Part shown: in pieces, positions 1 to 8,096 of the stretch | Layout: each line of letters opens with the position of its first letter | Position numbering within the stretch: the stretch's first letter is position 1 | NCBI GenBank assembly: GCA_965213685.1 | Contig: CBDBZY010000058.1 | Coordinates: forward strand, 31,458 to 95,457 | DNA from: a bacterium | GTDB lineage: Bacteria > UBA8248 | DNA length: 64,000 bases | Direction of reading: 5' to 3' | The notes under the pieces: generated by a model | What the model was told of the DNA's origin: nothing | Database searches by the model: none | Seen by the model: only the letters and a program-made list of their open reading frames with translations | Made by a program: the position numbers and the translations under genes

Positions 1-184
1 ACCCCTCGTCAATCAAATCGGGGAGGTGGTGGAGGTGCGCTGCGACCTCGACGAGCAAAGGATGGAACTCAAGATTCGGGACACCGGATTTTTCTTGACG
101 TCCGCGTCTGGCCTCGCGGGTGCGCACACACTGAAAGGCGGTTGGCTTTTGGGCGCGGAGCGCGACGCCACCGCCTACGCATAG
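1..184 (+). CDS. 3' end of a phage tail-tip/hub-like protein (partial, runs off the window)
   Basis: Frame 2 is open from base 2 (PLVNQIGEVVEVRCDLDEQRMELKIRDTGFF...ATAYA) to TAG at 182-184, followed directly by the GGAG RBS of the next gene. The function call comes from context only. Confidence 0.5.
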   Translation, partial: PLVNQIGEVVEVRCDLDEQRMELKIRDTGFFLTSASGLAGAHTLKGGWLLGAERDATAYA

Positions 185-195
185 GGGAGAACACG

Positions 196-1137
196 ATGTC
201 CATCGGCGCCGACCTGTCCGCCCGCTACACAGAAGAGGCCGTCGGCGGCGGCCATCCGACGAAAGCCCGTGTCATCGACCGCCTCGCTCTCGCCGCCTTG
301 TTCCAGGACGGAAAAATCAGGGCCCACAGGCAACCCGTCGAGTGCGCGGGCAGGCTCGACTACGTGAACGAGACCACCCTGGCATTCCGGCCGACGCTCC
401 GCTCCGCCTATTGTCCCGCCGTCGCAAACCCCACCGCGGGGCGCCATGTGCCCTTCATCGACGGGGCGTCGGGCGACGTCTATTATGAGGATTTGCCCTG
501 GGCGGGCATCACGATAACGAACGAGGGCCTCGCGGCAAACACCTCCTATTCCGTCTTCGTCCGCGACGATGGGCCGGTGCGCAGGCTCGAATTCCAGGCG
601 GCGGCATCCTGGGCGTTCGACCCCGCCACCGGCCTGGCCCACAAGACGGGCGATAAGAGCCGCACCCTCGTCGGCATCGCCAGAACGAACAGCGCGTCGC
701 GCTTCTCCCTCGCAAACAACGTGCTCGTCCGAAGCTTCTGGAACAAGGCGGTATACGCCGCCGAATCCACCGGCCAGATCGCCACGACCAGGTCCACGAC
801 CTGGGCCTCCATCAACACGCAGGAGATATTGATGTGGCCGGGCCACGACGTCGTGCACCAGAAAGCGAGCGGGAACGGATGGGTGAGCTCGACGCAAACC
901 CCGGGGCTGGTGGGCCTCGACATGGGCCTTCGGCTGTTCAACGGGACGGGGCAAGCGTATCCGGAAACCGAGATCATCGGGTCGTCAAGCAATGAGAAGG
1001 ATAGTTTCGGGATGGCGAAAACGCAAATCTACTCGGGCGCGTTCGCCAGGGCGCACTCCACACTCGTCTTTCGCGTGAAGCGCACGGCCACCCTGAGCGT
1101 CGGGGACTATCTCTTCCAGAGCATCATCCTGATTTAG
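196..1137 (+). CDS. Phage tail fibre/structural-like protein
   Basis: GGAG RBS then ATG196 (MSIGADLS...). The segment GLAANTSYSVF...KTGDKSRTLVGIARTN...VRSFWN resembles phage tail-fibre proteins; beta-rich Ser/Thr/Gly C-terminus. Confidence 0.6.
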   Translation: MSIGADLSARYTEEAVGGGHPTKARVIDRLALAALFQDGKIRAHRQPVECAGRLDYVNETTLAFRPTLRSAYCPAVANPTAGRHVPFIDGASGDVYYEDLPWAGITITNEGLAANTSYSVFVRDDGPVRRLEFQAAASWAFDPATGLAHKTGDKSRTLVGIARTNSASRFSLANNVLVRSFWNKAVYAAESTGQIATTRSTTWASINTQEILMWPGHDVVHQKASGNGWVSSTQTPGLVGLDMGLRLFNGTGQAYPETEIIGSSSNEKDSFGMAKTQIYSGAFARAHSTLVFRVKRTATLSVGDYLFQSIILI

Positions 1138-1146
1138 GAGACCAAC

Positions 1147-1843
1147 ATGGAAATCGAAGCGACCAAGGGCGTCGGCCCGCATTTTCGCGGCGAGCTGGAA
1201 GCGATGGGGCTCGCGCATCTCTACCTGGGCAGTGCGCACAGCCTGCGGGCGAACATGACGCCCGACGCCGCCTGGCGGCCGGGACCCGGCGAGGCGGAAG
1301 GCGCCCGCCCGGAAATCCGGGGGGACCGGGACGGACGCCTGGGTCATCCGCCTGGCGGACGAGACCAGCGAAGCGGAGCGCGAGGCCATCATCGCCGCCC
1401 ACGACGCGCACGCCCCCGACGGCGTCGCCCAGATTCACAGAGACCGGGGCAAGGAGAAGCTCCACCTGCTGCTCAACAGCGCCAAGGCGCGCGTCGTGGG
1501 CGTGCCGGCGAGTGCTCTGGGCGGCAAACTCGCCGAGTATGGGGAGAAGGCCAACCTCATCGACGACTGGAAGCGGGACGCGGACTCCGACAAGCTCGCG
1601 AAGCCGGCGTTTTTGCTCATCAAAAACAGGAAAGACGCGCATCCGGCGCGCTACGCCTCGGGCCAAAGCGTGGTGGATGAATGGGCGACCCGAAGAGGGG
1701 TGCTGCGCGGCAAGCTCGCCTCTCTCCTGAAAATCTACGACGAAGGCGTGCGCGACATCCAGGATGCGAACGCCACTCCGACCGTGGCGGCCCTGGACGC
1801 CAGAATCGACGGGGCCGCCGCCGCTTTCGACGCCGTCAGCTGA
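1147..1843 (+). CDS. Phage-like hypothetical protein (tail-fibre accessory?), frameshifted near 1319-1324
   Basis: AGGAG RBS + ATG1147. Protein-like coding moves to the +1 frame around the G6 run (…GTDAWVIRLADETSEAEREAIIAAHDAHAPD…) and ends at TGA1843, overlapping the next ATG. Confidence 0.55.
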
Positions 1844-2226
1844 TGGCACCGGAGCCGAACGGAAAGGGGCTTCAGATTTTTCTGGCCATCCTGAGCGTCG
1901 CCGGCCTGGGCGTCGCCGCCTACACCCCGCTCTACAACCAGATCGTGAACGTGGAGGCGCGCCTGGCGGCCCACATGCGCGAGCGCGGCCACCCCTGGCT
2001 TCTGGAGAACAACGCGGGCGCGCGCGTCCGCTTCCAGGAGGTGGAGACCCAGTTTCGCGAAGCCAAGACGATAGCCGATCTCAAGTTTCGGGAGCTCAAG
2101 GAAACCGCCCTGAAAAAAACGCGCGAGGACGCCCGGGCCTTCGGGCAAATCCTGCGCCGCCTGCGCGCGACCGAAATCGCGCTCGCCAGGCTGAGCGAGC
2201 GCCTTCCAAGGGAGCGTCAACCATGA
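1843..2226 (+). CDS. Single-pass membrane protein with C-terminal coiled coil
   Basis: TGATG overlap with the upstream gene; hydrophobic stretch LQIFLAILSVAGLGVAAY followed by a charged helical tail. Confidence 0.6.
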   Translation: MAPEPNGKGLQIFLAILSVAGLGVAAYTPLYNQIVNVEARLAAHMRERGHPWLLENNAGARVRFQEVETQFREAKTIADLKFRELKETALKKTREDARAFGQILRRLRATEIALARLSERLPRERQP

Positions 2227-2372
2227 TTCCCCATCTCCTCGCCGTGCTCTTCGCCGCAGCGACCGTCCTCTGCGCGGTCGCAGCCATCGAGCCGCGCCTC
2301 ATCACGAACCACCTGTGGCATTTCATCAATCCCTGGGCGGCGCGGAACGGCCGACCGGGCGGCACATCCTGA
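2223..2372 (+). CDS. Small membrane protein (49 aa)
   Basis: ATGA overlap with the previous stop; N-terminal hydrophobic helix MIPHLLAVLFAAATVLCAVAAI. Confidence 0.5.
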   Translation: MIPHLLAVLFAAATVLCAVAAIEPRLITNHLWHFINPWAARNGRPGGTS

Positions 2373-2400
2373 GAAGCGAGCGGCGATCCGCCCCCATACG

Positions 2401-2434
2401 GAAGCGTCCGCACCCGAAAAGGAACGCTTCTGTT
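2401..2434 (+). terminator. Possible stem-loop terminator after the tail-like operon
   Basis: GAAGCGT (2401-2407) pairs with ACGCTTC (2424-2430); only a weak U-tract (TGTT) follows. Confidence 0.35.
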
Positions 2435-2461
2435 GCCAGGGGCGAAAAAATGGTGTAATTT
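2433..2461 (+). promoter_or_regulatory. Putative sigma70 promoter for the lipoprotein gene
   Basis: TTGCCA-17 bp-TAATTT. Confidence 0.4.
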
Positions 2462-2506
2462 TCCCGCGTGCGTTGACAAGCCGCCTCCGCATGCCTGGAG
2501 ATACTT

Positions 2507-3073
2507 GTGAACCCCGAACCCCGCGCGCACGAGAAGACGCCCGCACCCTGGGGGCGCGTCGGCGTCCTCGCCCTGTCATGTTTCCTGGTCGTGGCGTGCG
2601 GGCCCCTGCGCTCCAGGGAAGTGGACACGATACGCTACAGAAAATGCTCCGTCACCACCCTGATAAACTACGAGACGCGCACGACGAGCCACCTGCTCGT
2701 ATGCAATGGCGATCCCGACAGCGGGCAGCCAAAGAAAGTACCGCACGCGGCCATGAGCTGCGAACCCGGGAAACCGGTCCAGATAGTGCTCTACCCGGGC
2801 AGTCGCCAGTTTCATTTCGAGGAATTCATCGCCGTCCGCTACCGCTTCAACGGGCATGCGCCCGTGAGGAGCACGTGGCTCTGGCTGCCAAGCACCGGGT
2901 CAGCGGGCGTCGTGGCGCCCCCCTCCATCCTGAAGGACTTTCTGGCCGGCATCACGGCCCGGGAAATCCTGGCGTTTCAAGTCGGGAGCCTGCGGGGGCA
3001 GGTCAATTTCCGAAAATACGCGCTAAGAGCGCTCCACGATTGGAGGAACCGCTGCGCCGCTTCGGGGAGGTGA
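2507..3073 (+). CDS. Putative lipoprotein/exported protein of unknown function
   Basis: GGAG + GTG start; hydrophobic stretch ending in lipobox-like LVVAC-G; several Cys in the mature part. Confidence 0.55.
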   Translation: MNPEPRAHEKTPAPWGRVGVLALSCFLVVACGPLRSREVDTIRYRKCSVTTLINYETRTTSHLLVCNGDPDSGQPKKVPHAAMSCEPGKPVQIVLYPGSRQFHFEEFIAVRYRFNGHAPVRSTWLWLPSTGSAGVVAPPSILKDFLAGITAREILAFQVGSLRGQVNFRKYALRALHDWRNRCAASGR

Positions 3074-3148
3074 GGGGTCCGCCCGCCCGGACACGCCCGC
3101 CTCCTCGCCACCCCCTTCGCTCCCGGTCGGAGCCCCGAACGAACGCCC

Positions 3149-3260
3149 CCATCCAACCCCGCGCCTTTTCGCATTTGCCATGCCCCACGGCGTCCACCCG
3201 TCTCTTGGCAGGAGACCTCGGACCATCAAACCCCGCGCCTTCTCGCATTTGCCATGCCCC
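3149..3260. repeat. Two 38-bp direct repeats separated by a 36-bp spacer
   Basis: CCATCCAACCCCGCGCCTTTTCGCATTTGCCATGCCCC (3149-3186) vs CCATCAAACCCCGCGCCTTCTCGCATTTGCCATGCCCC (3223-3260); 2 mismatches. Confidence 0.9.
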
Positions 3261-3355
3261 GGCCCCCTCCCGCCGCCGATACACTGCGCCCCGTCCGCCC
3301 CCGCGCGGAAGCGGCGGGGAGGGGAGGCGCATCTCACTCGAAAACGGGGGAGCCC

Positions 3356-5251
3356 ATGCCGGAGCATCGCCACACCATCTCATTGAGCAGGAGAATCGAC
3401 CTCGACATCTCCAACGCCCTGAAAGCGATGGGCTCTCTCAAAAAAGCGAAGCGCGCCTACGAGGAGAGCCTCGGGAAATGGGGAGAAGGCCGAAAGACGG
3501 GGGGAGCGTCCCTCGCGCTGTCTTTCCTGGAGAACCTCGCCGACAAGACGGACGGTGCCGGCAGGGCGTTCACGAGGCAGCGCAAATCGGCCCGGCTGCT
3601 GGGCAAGGACTACCGCGTCCTGGCCGAGGCGCAGAACGCCGCGACAGGCGCCATCGAGGAGGGAGCGCGCGCGGCGGGCCGGGCGCGCGCCGCCACGGAC
3701 GCGCTGGACGACCAGGCCCGCGCGCACCGGGCGACGCTGGAAAAATCGAGCGCGGCCACCGCGACATCAGCGGAAAAACTCCGGGGCGTCACCCATTCAT
3801 CCAGGGCAGCCGCCGCCGGGATCGACGCCGTGGGCAAAAGCGCGGCGAATACCGCCGGACTCGAGAAACTCACCAGGGCCTGCGATAAGCTCAAAAAGAA
3901 AACCACGGAGACCTCCGACGTCCTCCGGATCGCCAAAAGCGCGGCGAACGACTTCGCCGAGGCGAGCGGGGAGTCGCTCACCCAGTTTCTCTCCGACGCC
4001 CTCGCCGGCAAAATCGACAACGCCAAGGAGTTGTTCAACGACCTGAAAGACCACGCCATCAAGATGGTGCGGGACGCCGTCACCCAGATGGCGAGCGAGC
4101 AATTCATCCAGCCGCTGGTGGGCAAGCTGAAGGACGCGGGCGCGGGGCTGCTGGGCGACCTCGGCTCCGGGCTCCTGAAGATATTCGGTTTCTCCAAAGG
4201 CGGCCTGGTGAAAAAACCGACCCTGGGCGTCATCGGCGAGGCGGGGCCGGAACTCGTGCTGCCGCTGGCGAAAATCGGCGGCGAGGAGGGGCTCTTGCGC
4301 CTGTTCAAATCCGTCTCCGAGATCGAGGCGGCGAACCGGATCGGCGGGACGGCGATCCCCACCCAGGCGGGCGCCGAGGCCAGCGGCGCCCTGGCCGCGC
4401 GAATCGCGGCCGCGAGGGCGGCGTCGACCCTGCAAATCGTTCTCTCCACCATGCAGTTCCTGAGCGGCCCCAAAAACCTGAAGACGGGCGCGAATCTGGG
4501 CATCAACGTCGCGGGCGCCCTCCCCGGGCTCGCGGGTGCCACGGGACTCGCCGCCTTCGGGCCGGCGGCGGCCGCCTTCCTGGCCACCGACGTTCTCTTC
4601 AACAAGGGGGGCACCATCAAGAAGGGGCTTTCCCTCATCGGCTTCAAGGGACTCCTCAGCAAGTCCACGCCCTTCACCAGGAAAATGGGGAATCTCTCGC
4701 AGGCGGCCGGGCTGTATCGGACCCTCGACCGGTTTCTCAGGACGGGCGAGGCGCGCGAGCGGGAGGACGTGTCGTTCCCCAAGGCGGTCTACCGAGGCAC
4801 GATGAGTCCGGAAGGCATCCTGCGCAAGGAGGTCGGCCCCGCTTTCCAGCTCATCCGACGCTCGGCGGAGGCCGATGGCCTCTCTCCCCTGGAGGGGGTG
4901 CGCCGCTACTTTGGCGAGGAGTTGTACGCCGCCTATCTGCACTCGCTACCCGTCTTCGAGGGCGACGCGGCGGGGCGGTTCGTCAAGCGCTCCGCGCTCC
5001 GGCTCGTGGGCGAAGCCGGGCCCGAGCACATCGTGAACGTGAACCACCCGCAATCCATCGACTTCTTTCAGCGCGGCGTGCGGCCCATCATCCGCGACGC
5101 CATACGGGAGGAACGCGCCGCCAGCGGAGGCGACACGCACGTCTATCACATTCACATCGAGGGAAACCTGATCGAGGATCGGACGCTCGAGAAGCTCTCG
5201 AGAAAGCTCGAAGACATCCAGAGGCGCCGCCGCCGCTACGGGCGCGCCTAG
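3356..5251 (+). CDS. Phage tail tape-measure-like protein
   Basis: GGGGGAG RBS + ATG3356. Long Ala/Lys-rich helical N-half, motif FSKGGLVKKPTLGVIGEAGPELVLPL, a Gly/Ala hydrophobic segment, a second VGEAGPE and a terminal GGDTHVYHIHI strand. Confidence 0.8.
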   Translation: MPEHRHTISLSRRIDLDISNALKAMGSLKKAKRAYEESLGKWGEGRKTGGASLALSFLENLADKTDGAGRAFTRQRKSARLLGKDYRVLAEAQNAATGAIEEGARAAGRARAATDALDDQARAHRATLEKSSAATATSAEKLRGVTHSSRAAAAGIDAVGKSAANTAGLEKLTRACDKLKKKTTETSDVLRIAKSAANDFAEASGESLTQFLSDALAGKIDNAKELFNDLKDHAIKMVRDAVTQMASEQFIQPLVGKLKDAGAGLLGDLGSGLLKIFGFSKGGLVKKPTLGVIGEAGPELVLPLAKIGGEEGLLRLFKSVSEIEAANRIGGTAIPTQAGAEASGALAARIAAARAASTLQIVLSTMQFLSGPKNLKTGANLGINVAGALPGLAGATGLAAFGPAAAAFLATDVLFNKGGTIKKGLSLIGFKGLLSKSTPFTRKMGNLSQAAGLYRTLDRFLRTGEAREREDVSFPKAVYRGTMSPEGILRKEVGPAFQLIRRSAEADGLSPLEGVRRYFGEELYAAYLHSLPVFEGDAAGRFVKRSALRLVGEAGPEHIVNVNHPQSIDFFQRGVRPIIRDAIREERAASGGDTHVYHIHIEGNLIEDRTLEKLSRKLEDIQRRRRRYGRA

Positions 5252-5341
5252 CCGGCGCGCGCCAATCCCAGGGCGTGGGGGAGAGGGCGAAATCCGACGT
5301 TTTCCCGCCCCGTTCGGAGAGTTTCTTGGTTTGGGTTTGGA

Positions 5342-6604
5342 TCAGGTGAGCGGGTCGAGTCCCAGCACCGCGCGGCGCACGAGCTCCATCGCATAGACCG
5401 GCGCGCGCGACTGCACGAACCGCTCGTTGCCACCGAAGCTCGAGGAGAAGGCGAAAACGTCCGCGCCCGTGTCCAGGGCCATGTGCGTGGGGCCCAGCGC
5501 CGGCGCCCGGCGGGAGTTCTCAGGCTCGATGTTCTCGGGCGGATTCGGGCCGAAGACGGCGAGTCCCATGTCGGCGCCCGATTGTTCGCGCACCTCTCGG
5601 GCGAGGGCTCTCGCGAAGCTCCCGGCCTCCCCGCCCCCGTCCACCCCGAACATGCCCGACAACTCTTCCGCATGAAGGCCAACGACGCCGCGCTTGAGGA
5701 ACTTCACGCGATCCGGCCAGGCGTTCAGCCTCTGGATCAAGGCGCCGCCGGTGTTCGACTCGACTATCGCGATGCTCTTGCCGCTCTGCCCCAGCACGCG
5801 CGCCAGCGTCTCCTCGAGCGTCGCGTCGCCCGTGGCGTAGATGGCGGAGCCCAGGATTTCGCGCACCTTCACCTCCAGCCCGTCGATCATCGTTTCCGCC
5901 TCTTCGATGTCCGAGGCCCGGGCGGTGATGCGCACATCCACCTGCCCGGGGTGGGCGAGCACGCCGATGCTCGGGTTCACCGATTCGCGGAACAGGTCCG
6001 AGATCATCTCGTCAACCCGCGATTCGCCGAGGCCGCAGGTCTTCAGGGTGCGGGTGCGGATGACCTCGCCCAGGGCGAATTTCTCCTGCAGGATGGGCAG
6101 CGCGCACTCGGCGATGATGTAGCGCATCTCGTGCGGGACGCCCGGGCTCACGATGATGACCCCCCTCTCATCCTCGCACATGAAGCAGGGCGCCGTTCCG
6201 CGGGGGTTCTCGATGGGGGTCGCGCCGGCGGGGATGTAGGCCTGCTTCTTGTTGTTGTCGCTCATCCGAAAGCCGCGCCGCTGAAAGTAGGCGCTGATGT
6301 AGTCGTACAAATCCTCCCGGAACTCCAGCGGCACGCCCATCACCCTGGCGCAGGCCTCTCGCGTCAAATCATCCACCGTCGGGCCAAGCCCCCCCGTGGT
6401 GATCACCACCTCGGAGCGCTCGTGCGCCTGCCGGATGACGCCGGCGATTCTGTCCAGGTTATCGCCGACGGTGGTCTTGAAATGCATGTTGACGCCTATC
6501 GACTTGAGCTGGTTGGCGATGAAGGCGCTGTTGGTGTCGATGAGGTCGCCCAGGAGCATCTCGGTGCCGATGGCGACGATCTCACCGCGAATAAGCTCTG
6601 CCAT
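5342..6604 (-). CDS. cinA: CinA-family protein (MocF-like domain + PncC-like domain)
   Basis: IGTEMLLG..DTNS, VGDN, TGGLGPTVDDLTR and GVPHEM motifs; C-terminal VESNTGG. Confidence 0.93.
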   Translation of the reverse strand: MAELIRGEIVAIGTEMLLGDLIDTNSAFIANQLKSIGVNMHFKTTVGDNLDRIAGVIRQAHERSEVVITTGGLGPTVDDLTREACARVMGVPLEFREDLYDYISAYFQRRGFRMSDNNKKQAYIPAGATPIENPRGTAPCFMCEDERGVIIVSPGVPHEMRYIIAECALPILQEKFALGEVIRTRTLKTCGLGESRVDEMISDLFRESVNPSIGVLAHPGQVDVRITARASDIEEAETMIDGLEVKVREILGSAIYATGDATLEETLARVLGQSGKSIAIVESNTGGALIQRLNAWPDRVKFLKRGVVGLHAEELSGMFGVDGGGEAGSFARALAREVREQSGADMGLAVFGPNPPENIEPENSRRAPALGPTHMALDTGADVFAFSSSFGGNERFVQSRAPVYAMELVRRAVLGLDPLT

Positions 6605-6658
6605 GAACCGTTCCTTTATGTCGAAATCCTCGAACGCCGCTCCCCACAGGAGGTTCGC

Positions 6659-6687
6659 ATAGTAGAGGAGCGGGCCTCCGGCGGCAA
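6659..6687 (-). promoter_or_regulatory. Putative sigma70 promoter of cinA
   Basis: Minus strand TTGCCG-17 bp-TACTAT, about 55 bp upstream of the ATG. Confidence 0.55.
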
Positions 6688-6825
6688 GGACATGATCCGG
6701 GCCGGATGGGGAGCAGCTCCGTCACAGGTTGCGTATGCGGAAGCGCTAAGGGGAGCGCCTGGAAGTGGACGAGACCTGTATCGGCGGCGAGGGAGGCGGC
6801 GGGCGCGCGCGGGCTCGGGGCGCCG

Positions 6826-7242
6826 CTACTTCTTCTCACATTTAAAGAATTGGCTGGGTTTAACCCGGTCCTGTGATGTGAAATCTGTGAAATCGTAATA
6901 TAGTCCTATCTTCTTCGGCGTAATGATGAATGCGTATTTGTAGCCTTTTCTTCCAAAGTCCGGTCCAAAGTCCCATCGCCGATTAATTCCTTGGACTGTG
7001 AATTCCGCCCCATGCGTGTCCCCGAGACTTTCGACTTCACCGAAATCTAAGAAATCGGAGTTTGTGATTCTCAGTCTCCGTCGCGTGAGTTTGACCAGCG
7101 CGGTTCGATTGTATTGCCGCGTGTATTCGAAAAAATCAAAACATTCCCATTGCTCGATGATTTGGAATTCTTCCTGAGCGTGGGTCGGGTTTGCGCAACA
7201 GACCAGAACGGCGATGAGGATATGCCGAAGCGCCGGTTTCAT
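6826..7242 (-). CDS. AT-rich secreted hypothetical protein
   Basis: AAGGGGGG RBS + ATG7242; signal peptide MKPALRHILIAVLVCCANPTHA; visibly lower GC than the flanks. Confidence 0.75.
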   Translation of the reverse strand: MKPALRHILIAVLVCCANPTHAQEEFQIIEQWECFDFFEYTRQYNRTALVKLTRRRLRITNSDFLDFGEVESLGDTHGAEFTVQGINRRWDFGPDFGRKGYKYAFIITPKKIGLYYDFTDFTSQDRVKPSQFFKCEKK

Positions 7243-7330
7243 GATCCCCCCCTTGGCAATCAAAATCAGGAGAAAATCGTATTACCTCTCCGCAGGGCGC
7301 ATCAAGCGGACAATCGCCAAGGGGACACTC

Positions 7331-8062
7331 TCAAGACGGCGCGATCAGCCCGGAGAGGGCGAGCCAGCGCTCGAACCAGCGCCGCGCGCGTCGGTTCAAA
7401 CCTTCCAGGTATGCCGGCGCATCGCGCAATATCGCCTGCGGCTCCGCATCCGAGCGCGGAGATTTCACATCGTCCCCGAACGCATCCAGCCATGCGGCTA
7501 TGTCGTCGAACCCGACTTCGAGGTGAAACTGAAAGGCGTAGGCGCACTCTCCCCAGCGGAACGCCTGGTGGGGATACCGCGCGGAGGTCGCCAGGTGCAC
7601 GGCGCCTTCCGGCAGGTCGAACGTATCCCCGTGCCACTGGAAAACGGGGAAGGACGGCGCCTCGTCCCCGAGCAGCGGGTCCGCCTTCGCCTGCTGCGTC
7701 AACGCTACCGGAAACCAGCCGATCTCCTTTTTCTCCGCCGCCGGATACACGCGGGCGCCCAACGCGGCCGCCATGAGCTGCGCGCCCAGGCAAAGGCCGT
7801 AGACGGGAACCCCCGAGCGGACGGCCTCGCGAAGAAAACGAATCTCATCCCCCAGCCAGGGATGTTTCTCCTCCTCATACACGCCCATGGGGCCGCCCAG
7901 GACGACGATGGCCCGGGCGCCCTCCAGCGCATCCGGAGAGCGCGGGAGGCGCTCCCCCCTGTGGAGGGCGACGTATCGGGACGGGACGCCTTTTTGCGCG
8001 AGCACCTCCTCGAGCAGGGAGAGCCTCTCCACGTCCACGTGCTGAAGCGCCAGAACCGACAA
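7331..8062 (-). CDS. Class I glutamine amidotransferase-like protein
   Basis: Nucleophile elbow GLCLGAQ, GGPMGVY, WHGD and QFHLE triad; TTG start inferred. Confidence 0.88.
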   Translation of the reverse strand: MSVLALQHVDVERLSLLEEVLAQKGVPSRYVALHRGERLPRSPDALEGARAIVVLGGPMGVYEEEKHPWLGDEIRFLREAVRSGVPVYGLCLGAQLMAAALGARVYPAAEKKEIGWFPVALTQQAKADPLLGDEAPSFPVFQWHGDTFDLPEGAVHLATSARYPHQAFRWGECAYAFQFHLEVGFDDIAAWLDAFGDDVKSPRSDAEPQAILRDAPAYLEGLNRRARRWFERWLALSGLIAPS

Positions 8063-8096
8063 AAAAGCCCCTCCCCCTCCCGCCGTCGAGCCGGGC

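Noticed and set aside
196-1137. Diversity-generating retroelement target in the fibre gene
   Set aside because: No reverse transcriptase, and no adenine-mismatched template repeat seen in the window.
3149-3260. Calling this a bona fide CRISPR array
   Set aside because: Only two repeats, no recognisable repeat terminus, no AT-rich leader and no cas genes in the window; kept only as a finding.
6690-6825. Possible MITE or ncRNA between cinA and the AT-rich gene
   Set aside because: Only short GC stems; no terminal inverted repeats, no second copy in the window and no recognisable RNA motif.
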